Source: an uncultured Oscillospiraceae bacterium (lineage in GTDB: Bacteria; Bacillota; Clostridia; Oscillospirales; Oscillospiraceae). From it: a stretch of 64,000 nt of DNA. Location of the stretch: positions 6,985-70,984 of the forward strand of contig CANRLZ010000004.1 of the NCBI GenBank assembly GCA_947631595.1. The letters are read 5' to 3'. How positions within the stretch are numbered: position 1 is the first letter of the stretch; each line of letters opens with the position of its first letter. Positions 52,827 through 62,677 of this stretch are shown here, piece by piece. The notes beneath the pieces were generated by a model. It saw nothing but the letters and a program-made list of their open reading frames with translations. It was not told the origin of the DNA and did not search any database. A program made the translations under genes and the position numbers.

Positions 52827-55800
52827 CGCGCCGCCCCCTTTGCCGCTTTCAGCACCACGTTTTCCTCCCCCAAAACCTCCCGCAGCTCCTTCAGAAGGGA
52901 CGGGTGGAGCTGGCAGGCCGCCCCCAGGCGTTTGTCCTCCTGGGCCAGGTAGAGCACCACGGGGCTGTTGCCGGGGAAGAGGGAGAAGAGACAGCGCACC
53001 CGCTCCAGATGGGGGTCGTCCGCGCCGCGCAGGCGCAGAAAGAGCTTCTGGTCCGCCGCGGGTTCCGCGGGGGCGCTCTCCCCTGCCGCCGCGCTGTTTT
53101 CCAGGGGGGTCACCCGGTCGCAGAGGAGCTGGGGGGCTTTCTCGTCCCGGACGGAGAGCTTGCCCGTCACCGCCACGGGGAAATTGGCCTTGAGGTAGCT
53201 GCCAGAGGTGTTGAGGGTGCGGGAGAAGACCAGCAGCTCCATGGCCCCGGTGTCGTCCTCCAGGGTGACGTAGGCCATGAGGGAGTTGTTCTTGGTGGTC
53301 TTGGTCTTCACCGCCGTGACGATCCCCGCCAGGGTCACCTGCTGCTCGTCCCGGTAGCGCTGCGGCCCCTCCTCCCGAGCGAAGTCGGCCAGGATGGGGC
53401 CGATGGGCTGGGCGTTCTGGGCACGGGCGGCGGCGCGGTACTCGTCCATGGGGTGGCCGGAGAGGTAGAGGCCGGTGACCTCCCGCTCCATGAGCATCCG
53501 CTCCCGCTGGGTGTACTCCGGCAGGTCGGGCAGGGCGATCTCCGGCACCGTCACCCTGTCCTCTCCCCCGCCGCCGAAGAGGTCAAACTGACCCTCCAGG
53601 CTCTGCTTGTGGGCGTCAGCCACCACGCCGGTCACCTGGTCGCACACGGCCATGAGCTGGCTGCGCCGGGCGCCGGTGGAGTCAAAGGCGCCGGAGCGGA
53701 TCAGGCTCTCCAGCACCCGGCGGTTCAAATCGAAATCGTACATCCGGGCGCAGAAGTCGGTGAAGGAGCGGAAGGGGCCGTGGGCCTCCCGCTCGGCCAG
53801 CACCTGCTGGGTGAAGCCCATGCCCACCCCCTTCAGGGCGGCCAGGCCGAAGCGGATGTCCTTGCCCGAGACGGTGAACTCCGCCCCGGAGCGGTTCACG
53901 TCCGGGGGCAGCAGGGCGATGCCCAGCTCCTTACACTCGGCGATATACTCCGCCACCTTGTCCTGGCTGTCCAGCACGGAGGTGAGGAGGGCGGCCATAT
54001 ACTGCCGGGGGTAGTGGCGCTTGAACCAGGCGGTCTGGTAGGCCACCACGGCGTAGCTTACGGCGTGGGCCTTGTTGAAGGCGTACTCGGCAAAGTCCTC
54101 GATCTCGTCGTAGATGGCCTCGCCCACGTCGGCGGGAACGCCGTTTTTCACGCAGCCGGGGATGCCGCGGGATGGGTCGCCGTGGACAAAGAACTCCTTT
54201 TCCGCCTCGATCTGGGCGCGTTTTTTCTTGGAGATGGCCCGGCGCACCATGTCCGCCTGGGCGGCGGAGTAGCCCCCCAGCTTGCGGAAGATCTCGATGA
54301 CCTGCTCCTGGTAGACGATGCAGCCGTAGGTCACGGAGAGGATGGGTTCCAGGGCGGGGTGGCGGTAGCGGATGAGCTTGGGGTCCTGCTTGCAGGCGAT
54401 GAACTTGGGGATGGAGTCCATGGGGCCGGGGCGGTAGAGGGCGATGATGGCGGTGATGTCCTCGATGTTCTGGGGCTTGAGGCCCACGCACACCCCGGTC
54501 ATCCCCGCGGACTCCATCTGGAACACCCCGGCGGTCTTGCCCTGGCCCAGCATCTCGTAGACGTCCCTGTCGTCCTCCCGGATCTGATCCAGGGAAAAGG
54601 TCGGGTCGTCCCGGCGGACCATCTGGACGGCGTCGTCCAGGATGGTGATGTTCCGAAGGCCCAGAAAGTCCATCTTCAGAAGGCCCAGCTCCTCGATGGT
54701 GGTCATGGTGTACTGGGTGACGGGCACGCCGTCGTTGGTGGCCAGGGGGACGTACTCGTAGACCGGCCGGCCGGTGATGACCACGCCGGCGGCGTGGGTG
54801 GAGGTGTTCCGGGGCATCCCCTCCACCGCCATGGCGGTGTCCACCAGCTTACGCACCCGCTCGTCGCCCTCGTAGCGCTCCCGGAGGGGCTTGGAGAGTT
54901 TGAGGGCGTTTTCCAGGGTCATACCCAGGGCGAAGGGGACTTCCTTGGCGATGGCGTCCACCTCGGCGTAGGGGAAGCTCAGCGCCCGGCCCACGTCCCG
55001 GATGGCGGCCCGTGCCTTCAGGGTGCCGAAGGTGACGATCTGGGTCACCCGGTCGGCGCCGTATTTCCGGGAGACATAGTCGATGACCTCCTGGCGGCGG
55101 CGGATGCAGAAGTCCGTGTCGATATCCGGCATGGTCACCCGGCCGGGGTTCAGGAAGCGCTCGAAGACCAGGTCGTACTTCATGGGGTCCACTTCCGTGA
55201 TGCGCAGGCAGTAGCTGACGATGCTCCCCGCCGCCGAGCCGCGGCCGGGGCCCACGGGGATGCCCTGGGCCTTGGCGTAGCCGATGAAGTCGGAGACGAT
55301 GAGGAAGTAGTCCACAAACCCCATCTCCCGGATGACCCCCATCTCGTAGTCCAGCCGCTCCCGGTACGCCTGGGGCTGGTCGGGATAGCGGGCGGCAAAG
55401 CCCCGGGCGCAGAGGTCGCGGAAGTAGTCCCAGCTGTCGGTGTACCCTTCCGGCAGCTGGAACTGGGGCAGGTGGTGCTGGCCGAAGGTGAACTCCAGCC
55501 GGCACATCCGGGCGATCTTCTCGGTGTTGCTCACCGCCTCGGGGTAGTCGGGAAAGAGGGAGGCCATCTCCTCCTCGCTCTTGAGGTAGAACTCCTCCGT
55601 CTCGAACTTCATGCGGTTGGGGTCGTCCACCGTCTTGCCCATCTGGACGCACATGAGCACGTCCTGGGTGGCGGCGTCCTCCCGGCGCAGGTAGTGGGCG
55701 TCGTTGGTGACCACCAGGGGCAGGCCGGTCTCGTCGTGGATGCGCAGGATCCCCTGGGCCACCTCCCGCTGGGCCTGGATGCCGTGGTCCTGAAGTTCCA

Positions 55801-56323
55801 GATAATAGTGGTCCGGGCCGAACAACTCCGCCATCTCCAACGCGTGGGCCTTGGCGGCCTCGTAGTCCCCGGCGCGCAGGAGCCGGGGCAGCTCCCCGGC
55901 CAGGCAGGCGGACAGGGCGATCAAGCCCTCGCTGTGGACGCGCAGAAGGTCCAGGTCGATCCGGGGCTTGATGTAAAAACCCTCCACATAGGCCATGGAG
56001 ACCATGTAGGAGAGGTTGCGGTAGCCCGTCTCGTTCTCGCACAGCAGGACAAGGTGGCGGCTCTCGCTGTCCAGGGCGTGGTCCTTGTCAAAGCGGGTGC
56101 GGGGGGCGACGTAGACCTCGCAGCCGATCACCGGATGGATCCCGGCTTTTTTGCAGGCGCGGTAGAAGTCGATGACGCCGTACATATTGCCGTGGTCGGT
56201 GATGGCGATGGCGCTCTGGCCCAACTCCTGGAGGCGGTCGGCCAGCTTGTCGATGCGGCAGACCCCGTCCAGCAGGGAGTATTCCGTATGCACATGGAGA
56301 TGGCAAAAGCCCACGGGGGTCAC
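52823..56323 (-). CDS. dnaE: DNA polymerase III alpha subunit (DnaE type)
   Basis: 1166 aa. PHP domain start FCHLHVHTEYSLLDG, then polymerase core and an OB-fold C-terminus. Confidence 0.95.
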   Translation of the reverse strand: MTPVGFCHLHVHTEYSLLDGVCRIDKLADRLQELGQSAIAITDHGNMYGVIDFYRACKKAGIHPVIGCEVYVAPRTRFDKDHALDSESRHLVLLCENETGYRNLSYMVSMAYVEGFYIKPRIDLDLLRVHSEGLIALSACLAGELPRLLRAGDYEAAKAHALEMAELFGPDHYYLELQDHGIQAQREVAQGILRIHDETGLPLVVTNDAHYLRREDAATQDVLMCVQMGKTVDDPNRMKFETEEFYLKSEEEMASLFPDYPEAVSNTEKIARMCRLEFTFGQHHLPQFQLPEGYTDSWDYFRDLCARGFAARYPDQPQAYRERLDYEMGVIREMGFVDYFLIVSDFIGYAKAQGIPVGPGRGSAAGSIVSYCLRITEVDPMKYDLVFERFLNPGRVTMPDIDTDFCIRRRQEVIDYVSRKYGADRVTQIVTFGTLKARAAIRDVGRALSFPYAEVDAIAKEVPFALGMTLENALKLSKPLRERYEGDERVRKLVDTAMAVEGMPRNTSTHAAGVVITGRPVYEYVPLATNDGVPVTQYTMTTIEELGLLKMDFLGLRNITILDDAVQMVRRDDPTFSLDQIREDDRDVYEMLGQGKTAGVFQMESAGMTGVCVGLKPQNIEDITAIIALYRPGPMDSIPKFIACKQDPKLIRYRHPALEPILSVTYGCIVYQEQVIEIFRKLGGYSAAQADMVRRAISKKKRAQIEAEKEFFVHGDPSRGIPGCVKNGVPADVGEAIYDEIEDFAEYAFNKAHAVSYAVVAYQTAWFKRHYPRQYMAALLTSVLDSQDKVAEYIAECKELGIALLPPDVNRSGAEFTVSGKDIRFGLAALKGVGMGFTQQVLAEREAHGPFRSFTDFCARMYDFDLNRRVLESLIRSGAFDSTGARRSQLMAVCDQVTGVVADAHKQSLEGQFDLFGGGGEDRVTVPEIALPDLPEYTQRERMLMEREVTGLYLSGHPMDEYRAAARAQNAQPIGPILADFAREEGPQRYRDEQQVTLAGIVTAVKTKTTKNNSLMAYVTLEDDTGAMELLVFSRTLNTSGSYLKANFPVAVTGKLSVRDEKAPQLLCDRVTPLENSAAAGESAPAEPAADQKLFLRLRGADDPHLERVRCLFSLFPGNSPVVLYLAQEDKRLGAACQLHPSLLKELREVLGEENVVLKAAKGAAR

Positions 56324-56344
56324 TTCTTTCGTAGGGAGATCGGT

Positions 56345-57253
56345 TCAGGCGTTTCCGCGCTCCTGGGCCAGGGCCAACAGTTTGCGCAGGCGGTGGTTGA
56401 GGCAGGACTTGCTCACCGGGGGGTCGCAGCTCTGGGCCAGCTCGGAGAGGGTACACTCCGGCATCTCCAGGCGCAGCCGGGCGGTCTGCCGGAGTTTTTC
56501 CGGCAGGGTGGGCAGCACCCCCGCCCGCTCCAGAGACCGGATGGCGGCGATCTGCTCCTGGGCGGCCTGCACCGCCTTGTCCACGTTATGGGCGTCGCAG
56601 TTCACCCGGCGGTTCACCTTGTTGCGGATGTCCTTCTCCATCCGGGTGTTGATGACCTCCATGGAGGAGACGCCCGCGCCCAGGGCGGCCAGCAGGTCGG
56701 CCAGGGTGTCGGAGTGCTTGACGTAGGTGACGTAGTTGGATTTGCGGGTGGCCTGCTTGGTGTCAAAGCCCAGCTCCCGGAGGAGGACGGGCAGCGCCCG
56801 GCTCACGGCCAGGTGGCCGGTGACCCACTCCAGGTGGTAGTCCTTCTCCGGGTCGGTCACCGCCCCGCCGGCCAGAAAGGCGCCCCGGCAGAAGGCCAGC
56901 TTACAGCAGTCCTCCTCCACCACCGGGAAGTTCACCGTGCGGTTCACCGTCCGGCCGCTGTCGCAGCCGTAGGCCCGATCCAGGACCTGGAGCTTTTCCG
57001 GCTGGGTGATGAGAAAGACCCGCTTGCCCGTCTCGCCGGGCTGGGGCCGCTGGTCAAAGTCCATGCGAAACGCCTTTCGGAAGAGGATGGGAAGCCGCCG
57101 GGCAAAGGCGTCCGACTCGGTGACGATCCGCGCCTCCCGCTGGTTCCAGTTGTTGCAGAAGAGCAGCACCCCGTAGCACTCGGCCAGGAGACAGCATTTT
57201 TTAGAGGGCAGCTTGCGGCACAGCTCCTCTTTTACCCTGGCGGAAAAGGTCAT
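56345..57253 (-). CDS. whiA: DNA-binding sporulation/cell-division regulator WhiA
   Basis: 302 aa. Start MTFSARVKEEL, degenerate LAGLIDADG region and C-terminal HTH (LSELAQSCDPPVSKSCLNHRLRKL). Confidence 0.95.
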   Translation of the reverse strand: MTFSARVKEELCRKLPSKKCCLLAECYGVLLFCNNWNQREARIVTESDAFARRLPILFRKAFRMDFDQRPQPGETGKRVFLITQPEKLQVLDRAYGCDSGRTVNRTVNFPVVEEDCCKLAFCRGAFLAGGAVTDPEKDYHLEWVTGHLAVSRALPVLLRELGFDTKQATRKSNYVTYVKHSDTLADLLAALGAGVSSMEVINTRMEKDIRNKVNRRVNCDAHNVDKAVQAAQEQIAAIRSLERAGVLPTLPEKLRQTARLRLEMPECTLSELAQSCDPPVSKSCLNHRLRKLLALAQERGNA

Positions 57254-57280
57254 GGGGCACTTCCCTTCTTTCTGTCTCGG

Positions 57281-58267
57281 TCAAAATACCTTGGTGTGGC
57301 CGCGCTGGCGGTACAGCTCCAGCACCGCACGGGCAAGGCGCTCCGGGTCGTGGCGGGCATACTGGGCGGTGGGGGAGGTCAAGGGCGCCTCCACCACCGC
57401 CACCCCCAGCGCTTGCAGGCGGGGTGTGTCCACCACCGTGGGCCGGGCGTCCTCCGCCCGGTAGCGCTCCAGGAGCGGCGGGGGCACGGCGGCGCTGTTG
57501 CAAAGGCACACGTCCAGCCCCTCCAACCCGTGCTCCATCAGGGCCAGCACATGGTCGGCGGCGGTCATCTCCTCCGTCTCCCCGTCCTGGGTCATGATGT
57601 TGCAGACGTAGACCTTCAGCGCCTCCGACTGGGCGATGGCACGGTCCACGCCGTCCACCAGGAGGTTGGGAATGACGCTGGTGTAGAGGCTGCCGGGGCC
57701 AAGGAGGATCAGGTCCGCCCGGCGGATGGCCTCCACCACGTCGGGCAGGGCGGGCGCTCCCCCGGGCAGGAGACGCACCCGGCGGATGCGGCAGTCCTGG
57801 GTCTTTTTGAAGTCGCAGATGCGGGACTCCCCCAGCACCCTGGCGTCGTTTTCAAACTCGGCCTCCAGCTGGACGTTGGCGTTGGTCACCGGCAGCACCC
57901 GGCCGGAGATGGCCAGCACCTCGCTCATCCGGGCCACCGCCTGGTCGAAGGAGGCGGAGATGCCGTTGAGGGCGGCCAGGAGGAGGTTGCCGAAGGCCTG
58001 CCCGGCCAGGCCGCCCTCCGGGAAGCGGTAGGACAGCAGCTCGCCCATGACCCCCTCGGCGCTGGCAAGGGCCTCCATGCAGTTTCGGATATCCCCCGGC
58101 GGGGGCATATTCAGGTCTTGGCGCAGCACCCCGGAGCCGCCGCCGTCATCGGCCACGGTGACCACGGCGGTGAGGTCGCTCACCCGGCTTTTCAGGCCCC
58201 GGAGCATGGTGGAAAGGCCGTTTCCCCCGCCGATGGCCACCACCTTGGGGCCGGCGGTCTGGTTCAT
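57281..58267 (-). CDS. yvcK: Gluconeogenesis factor YvcK (UPF0052 / CofD-like)
   Basis: Track ORF trimmed to the ATG at 58267. Carries VVAIGGGNGLSTMLRGLK and VTVADDGGGSG. Confidence 0.9.
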   Translation of the reverse strand: MNQTAGPKVVAIGGGNGLSTMLRGLKSRVSDLTAVVTVADDGGGSGVLRQDLNMPPPGDIRNCMEALASAEGVMGELLSYRFPEGGLAGQAFGNLLLAALNGISASFDQAVARMSEVLAISGRVLPVTNANVQLEAEFENDARVLGESRICDFKKTQDCRIRRVRLLPGGAPALPDVVEAIRRADLILLGPGSLYTSVIPNLLVDGVDRAIAQSEALKVYVCNIMTQDGETEEMTAADHVLALMEHGLEGLDVCLCNSAAVPPPLLERYRAEDARPTVVDTPRLQALGVAVVEAPLTSPTAQYARHDPERLARAVLELYRQRGHTKVF

Positions 58268-58281
58268 CCTCGCCGCCCCCT

Positions 58282-59148
58282 TTACGCCCGGGTCATGTCC
58301 CGGTGGTTTTCCTTCACCTGGTAGCCCTTTTGCCGGATGGTCTCGGCCAGGGCGTGGGTGACGTAGACGGAGCGGTGCCGCCCGCCGGTGCAGCCCACGG
58401 CGATGACCAGGGCGGTCTTGCCCTCCTCCACGTAGAGGGGCAGCAGAAAGGCCAGCAGGTCCTCCAGGCGCTTGACCAGCTCGGAGGACTGGCGGTAGCC
58501 GGACAGGAAGTTCTGAATGCCCTCGTCCAGGCCGTTTTGATCCCGCAGCTCGGCGATGTAGTAGGGGTTGGGCAGGCACCGCACGTCAAAGACCAGGTCG
58601 GCCTCGATGGGGATGCCGTATTTGAAGCCGAAGGAGACCACGCTCACGCCCATGTCCGGCATGGCGCCCGGCTCCCCGAAGAGGCGGACGATCTCCCCTT
58701 TCAGCTTGGCGGTGCTCAGGGCGGTGGTGTCCAGGATATACTTCGCCCGGCGGCGCACCTCCGCCAGGGCGGCGCGCTCCACCTCCACCGCCTGGGGGAG
58801 GGTCAGCCCGTCCTTGGACAGGGGGTGGGACCGGCGGGTCTCCTTGTAGCGCTTGATGATGGTCTCGGAACTGGCCTCCACGAAGAGAATTTTGTACGCG
58901 CAGTTCATGGTCTCCAACTGCTCCAGGGCGTCGAAGGTGGAGTCAAAGGTGTGGCCGCCGCGGATGTCGATGACCAGGGCGACCCGGTCGAATTTCCCGG
59001 CGTTGGCCATACAGTGCTGGGCCAGGGGCGGGATGAGCGGGGCGGGCAGGTTGTCCACGCAGTAAAAGCCCATGTCCTCCAAAAAGGAGGCCACCTTGCT
59101 CTTGCCCGCGCCGGACAGGCCGGAGACGATGATAAATTCCACATCCAC
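58282..59148 (-). CDS. rapZ: RNase adapter protein RapZ (YvcJ)
   Basis: 288 aa with P-loop SGLSGAGKS and C-terminal CTGGRHRSV. Confidence 0.95.
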   Translation of the reverse strand: MDVEFIIVSGLSGAGKSKVASFLEDMGFYCVDNLPAPLIPPLAQHCMANAGKFDRVALVIDIRGGHTFDSTFDALEQLETMNCAYKILFVEASSETIIKRYKETRRSHPLSKDGLTLPQAVEVERAALAEVRRRAKYILDTTALSTAKLKGEIVRLFGEPGAMPDMGVSVVSFGFKYGIPIEADLVFDVRCLPNPYYIAELRDQNGLDEGIQNFLSGYRQSSELVKRLEDLLAFLLPLYVEEGKTALVIAVGCTGGRHRSVYVTHALAETIRQKGYQVKENHRDMTRA

Positions 59149-59157
59149 CCACTCCTT

Positions 59158-60063
59158 TTACTTCAGAAGTTCCACTTCCGGCTCCAGCAGGATGCCGGTC
59201 TGCTCCAGCACCCTGGCCTTCACCCGGTCCATGAGGGTCAGCACATCGGCGCAGGTGGCGCCGCCGCGGTTGACCACAAAGCCGCTGTGTTTTTCCGACA
59301 CCTGGGCGCCGCCCACGGTCAGTCCCTTCAGGCCGCACTCCTCGATGAGGGCGGCGGCAAAGCGGCCCTGGGGGCGCTTGAACGTCGATCCGGCGCTGGG
59401 GTACTCCAGGGGCTGCTTCTCCCGGCGGCGACGGTTCAGCTCCGCCATCTCCGCCCGGATCGCCGCCGGGTCGCCCGGCGTCAAGGTGAACAACACGCCG
59501 GTGACCAGCCAGGGGCGGTCGCAGAAAATGCTGTGGCGGTAGGCAAATCCGCACTCCTCCCCGGTGAGGGACTTGGGCCGGCCCTCCGGGTCCAGGCAGT
59601 CCACGCGGGCGATCACCTGGGCCATCTCCCCGCCGTAGGCGCCGGCGTTCATCCGCGCCGCGCCGCCCACGCTGCCGGGGATGCCGGAGGCGAAGGCCAG
59701 CCCGGCCAGGCCCCTGTCCGCGGCCAGTCCGGCCAGACGCGCCAGAGAGACGCCGCTCTCGGCGTAGAGGCGCTCCCCCTCCCCGGCCGTCTTGTCCAGC
59801 CGGGCGGTGGAGAGGATCACCCCGTCGTAGCCGTCGTCCTCCACCAGGAGGTTGGAGCCGTTGCCCAGGAAGAAGGGGACGATCCCCCGCTCCCGGCACA
59901 GCCGGAGGACCGCGGCGGCCTGGGCGGCGTCTCCGGGGAGGAGCAGCCATCGGGCCGGGCCGCCGATGCGGAAGGTGGTGTGCCTGTCCATGGGTTCCCG
60001 CTCCAATACCTCCAGGCCGGGAACGGCGCCGCGCCAATCCAAGGTCTCTGCCACAGTCTCCAC
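59158..60063 (-). CDS. murB: UDP-N-acetylenolpyruvoylglucosamine reductase
   Basis: 301 aa. FAD-binding region with TTFRIGGPA and GNGSNLL, and C-terminal SAGSTFKRP. Confidence 0.95.
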   Translation of the reverse strand: METVAETLDWRGAVPGLEVLEREPMDRHTTFRIGGPARWLLLPGDAAQAAAVLRLCRERGIVPFFLGNGSNLLVEDDGYDGVILSTARLDKTAGEGERLYAESGVSLARLAGLAADRGLAGLAFASGIPGSVGGAARMNAGAYGGEMAQVIARVDCLDPEGRPKSLTGEECGFAYRHSIFCDRPWLVTGVLFTLTPGDPAAIRAEMAELNRRRREKQPLEYPSAGSTFKRPQGRFAAALIEECGLKGLTVGGAQVSEKHSGFVVNRGGATCADVLTLMDRVKARVLEQTGILLEPEVELLK

Positions 60064-60189
60064 CTCCCCTGTGCATATACATCATTGATTATAACAAATT
60101 TTTCAAGAAAATAGAAGACCCCAGGCCGGATTTTTTCCGGCGCTTCGGGCAAACTACCGCTGTCCAACCAGACGGAGGAGGAGACAAGT

Positions 60190-60411
60190 ATGATACTGGA
60201 CAAAATCGCCCTGTTCCTGGCCATTGTCGGCGGTCTGAACTGGGGCAGCGTTGGTCTGTTCCGTTTCGACGCGGTGGCCTTCCTCTGCGGCGGCGCCACC
60301 AGCGTCCTGGCCCGGATCATCTACACCCTGGTGGGTCTGTCCGCCCTGTGGTGCATCTCCCTGCTGTTCCGGGACACCGAGGTGGGCACCGGCCGCACCC
60401 AGGCGGCGTAA
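60190..60411 (+). CDS. DUF378 small membrane protein
   Basis: 73 aa with two TM helices. IALFLAIVGGLNWGSVGLF is typical of DUF378. Confidence 0.8.
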   Translation: MILDKIALFLAIVGGLNWGSVGLFRFDAVAFLCGGATSVLARIIYTLVGLSALWCISLLFRDTEVGTGRTQAA

Positions 60412-60434
60412 CAGCCGTCCGGCGCGGGCAGGAC

Positions 60435-60471
60435 AAAAAGAGGACAGTGGGAGTTCCCGCTGTCCTTTTTT
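60435..60471. terminator. Bidirectional terminator between the DUF378 gene and the histidine kinase gene
   Basis: Stem aggacag(t)ggg/ccc(g)ctgtcct flanked by aaaaag upstream and tttttt downstream. Confidence 0.75.
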
Positions 60472-60489
60472 GTGGAAAAATTCGATCGG

Positions 60490-61914
60490 TCAGGCGCTCT
60501 CCAAGGGGAGGCGGATGGTGACCAGACAGCCGCCGCCCTCGGCGTTGGAGAGGTCCATGGTGCCGCCGTGGCGGGTGACGATCTCGTCGCAGACGGCGAG
60601 GCCGATGCCGCTGCCCCGAGCTTTGGAGGAGCCTTTGTAGAACTTGTATTTCACGTGGGGCAGCTCGTCCTCCGGGATGCCGGGGCCGTAGTCCCGGATG
60701 GTGATGACCGCCTGGTTGGCCTCCTCGTCCTTATGGATGGCAGTCTCGATGCGCCTGCCGACGCCGCCGTGCTTGGCGGCGTTGTCCAGGAGGTTGCAGA
60801 ACACCTGCCGCAGGCGCTGGGGGTCTGCCTCGATGGGGGGGAATTCCTCCTCGCAGTCGGTGTGGGTGAGGGTGATGCCCTCCCGGCGGAAGAACTCCCG
60901 GTAGGTGTACACCGCGTCCTCCAGTTCCGCCTTGATGTCCACCGGCTCGATGGAGAGGGTGAAGCGGCCGTCCTCAATGCGGGAGAATTCCAGCAATTCC
61001 TCCACCATGTTGGTCAGGCGCTTGGCCTCGGAGACGATGATGCCAAGGCCCTTTTTCATGTCCTCCTGGTCGCGGACTTCCCCGCCGGCCATGGTCTCGG
61101 CCCAGCCGTTGATGGCGGTGAGGGGGGTGCGCAGCTCGTGGGAGACGGAGGAGATGAACTCGCTCTTCAACTTCTCCGACTGGTTGATCTTCAGCGACAT
61201 ATCGTTGATGGCGTCCACCAGGTCGCCGATCTCGTCTGTGGAGCGCTTTTCCATCTGGATGCCGTAGCTGCCCGAGGCGATGCGCTGGGCGATGTCGGTG
61301 ATGTCGGTCACCGGCTCCACGATGGAGCGGACGAAGTAGAGGTTGGAGAAGTAGACCACCAGGAGCATGAGAAGTCCGATGCCCAGGGCGGCGACCAGGA
61401 CGATGAAGATCTGCCGGTCCACCACCCGGAGGGAGGTCACCAGCCGCACCACGCCCACCACCGTGCCGTCGTAGACGATGGGGGACGAGACGCACATGAT
61501 GTGCTCGCGGGTGCTGGGGTCGTTGCCCGACCAGTTGGCGAGGGTCTGCTTTTCCAGCGCCTCCTGGATGTCCGGGGTGCCGGGGGTGGTGCCGGCGGTG
61601 AGGCCGTAGGAGGAGTACTGGATGCGGCCGTAGCGGTTGAGGAACTGGATCTCCAGCTTGCCCTTCTCCTCAAACTCCGCGGTGTAGGTGGCGGCGCGGT
61701 AGTTGTACTCCGTCTCGGTGTAGTTGCGGAAGGAGCTGGTGGCCATGCTGGCCCGGGCCTCCAGGCCGGAGCCGATGGTGGAGTAGTAGAAGCTGGACAT
61801 GGCCACCGAGAAGGCGGCGACGCCCAGGACCACGATGAAGAACACCGCGGCCAGGGAGTTGGTCATCCACCGCCGGCGGATGCTCTGGTGCCGGGCGTTT
61901 TTCTGCGGTTCCAT
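60490..61914 (-). CDS. Sensor histidine kinase (2 TM, ~150-aa extracytoplasmic domain, HAMP, DHp, HATPase; no cytoplasmic PAS)
   Basis: 474 aa. H-box FISSVSHELRTPLTAINGW. N/G boxes NLLDNAAKH, DYGPGIP and GSGIGLAV. Confidence 0.9.
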   Translation of the reverse strand: MEPQKNARHQSIRRRWMTNSLAAVFFIVVLGVAAFSVAMSSFYYSTIGSGLEARASMATSSFRNYTETEYNYRAATYTAEFEEKGKLEIQFLNRYGRIQYSSYGLTAGTTPGTPDIQEALEKQTLANWSGNDPSTREHIMCVSSPIVYDGTVVGVVRLVTSLRVVDRQIFIVLVAALGIGLLMLLVVYFSNLYFVRSIVEPVTDITDIAQRIASGSYGIQMEKRSTDEIGDLVDAINDMSLKINQSEKLKSEFISSVSHELRTPLTAINGWAETMAGGEVRDQEDMKKGLGIIVSEAKRLTNMVEELLEFSRIEDGRFTLSIEPVDIKAELEDAVYTYREFFRREGITLTHTDCEEEFPPIEADPQRLRQVFCNLLDNAAKHGGVGRRIETAIHKDEEANQAVITIRDYGPGIPEDELPHVKYKFYKGSSKARGSGIGLAVCDEIVTRHGGTMDLSNAEGGGCLVTIRLPLESA

Positions 61915-61964
61915 GGGTATCTCCCCCCTTCCCTTTCGTGTTATCCGGCGGTGTTATCCGGCGC

Positions 61965-62657
61965 TTAGAAACCCCACTTATACCCGTAGCCCCAGACGGT
62001 GGTGATGTAGGTGGGCGTCTGGGGGTCGTCCTCGATCTTCAGGCGCAGGCGGCGGATGTTCACATCCACGATCTTCAGCTCGCCGTAGTACTTCTCCCCC
62101 CACACCGAGCGGAGGATCTCCTCCCGGGAGAGGGCCTTGCCGGGGTTGTCCATGAAGAGCTTGACGATGGCGTACTCCACCTGGGTGAGCTTCACCCGCT
62201 GGCCGTTTTTCTCCAGGGTGCGGTTGCGGGTGTTCAGCAGGAAGGGCGGCGCGCTGATGGTGCCGGCATCCGCGGCGGGGGCGTCGTCCCCCATGCGGCG
62301 GCAGATGGCGTCCACACGGGCGGTGAGTTCCGCCGGGGAAAAGGGCTTGGTCACGTAGTCGTCCGCGCCGGTCATCAGGCCGGTGACCTTGTCCATCTCC
62401 TGGGTGCGGGCGGTGAGCATGATGATGCCGATCTTGGAGCTGCTGGCCCGGATGCGGCGGCAGACCTCGAAGCCGTCCATCTCGTCGGGCAGCATGATGT
62501 CCAGCAGGGCCACCCGGATGTCCGGGTGGCGCTTGAGCTGCTCCAGGGCCTCCGCGCCGGTGCCGGCCTCGATGGTCTCGTAGCCGGCGCGCTTCAGGTT
62601 GATGACCACAAAGCTGCGGATGTTGGCCTCGTCCTCCAGTACCAAAACCTTCTTCAC
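61965..62657 (-). CDS. OmpR/PhoB-family response regulator
   Basis: Trimmed to the GTG at 62657 (AGGAGG RBS 8 nt upstream): (M)KKVLVLEDEANIRSF. Receiver Asp context LLDIMLPDEMDG. Winged-helix C-terminus TVWGYGYKW. Confidence 0.9.
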   Translation of the reverse strand: MKKVLVLEDEANIRSFVVINLKRAGYETIEAGTGAEALEQLKRHPDIRVALLDIMLPDEMDGFEVCRRIRASSSKIGIIMLTARTQEMDKVTGLMTGADDYVTKPFSPAELTARVDAICRRMGDDAPAADAGTISAPPFLLNTRNRTLEKNGQRVKLTQVEYAIVKLFMDNPGKALSREEILRSVWGEKYYGELKIVDVNIRRLRLKIEDDPQTPTYITTVWGYGYKWGF

Positions 62658-62677
62658 GGGTCTGTCCTCCTGTTCTC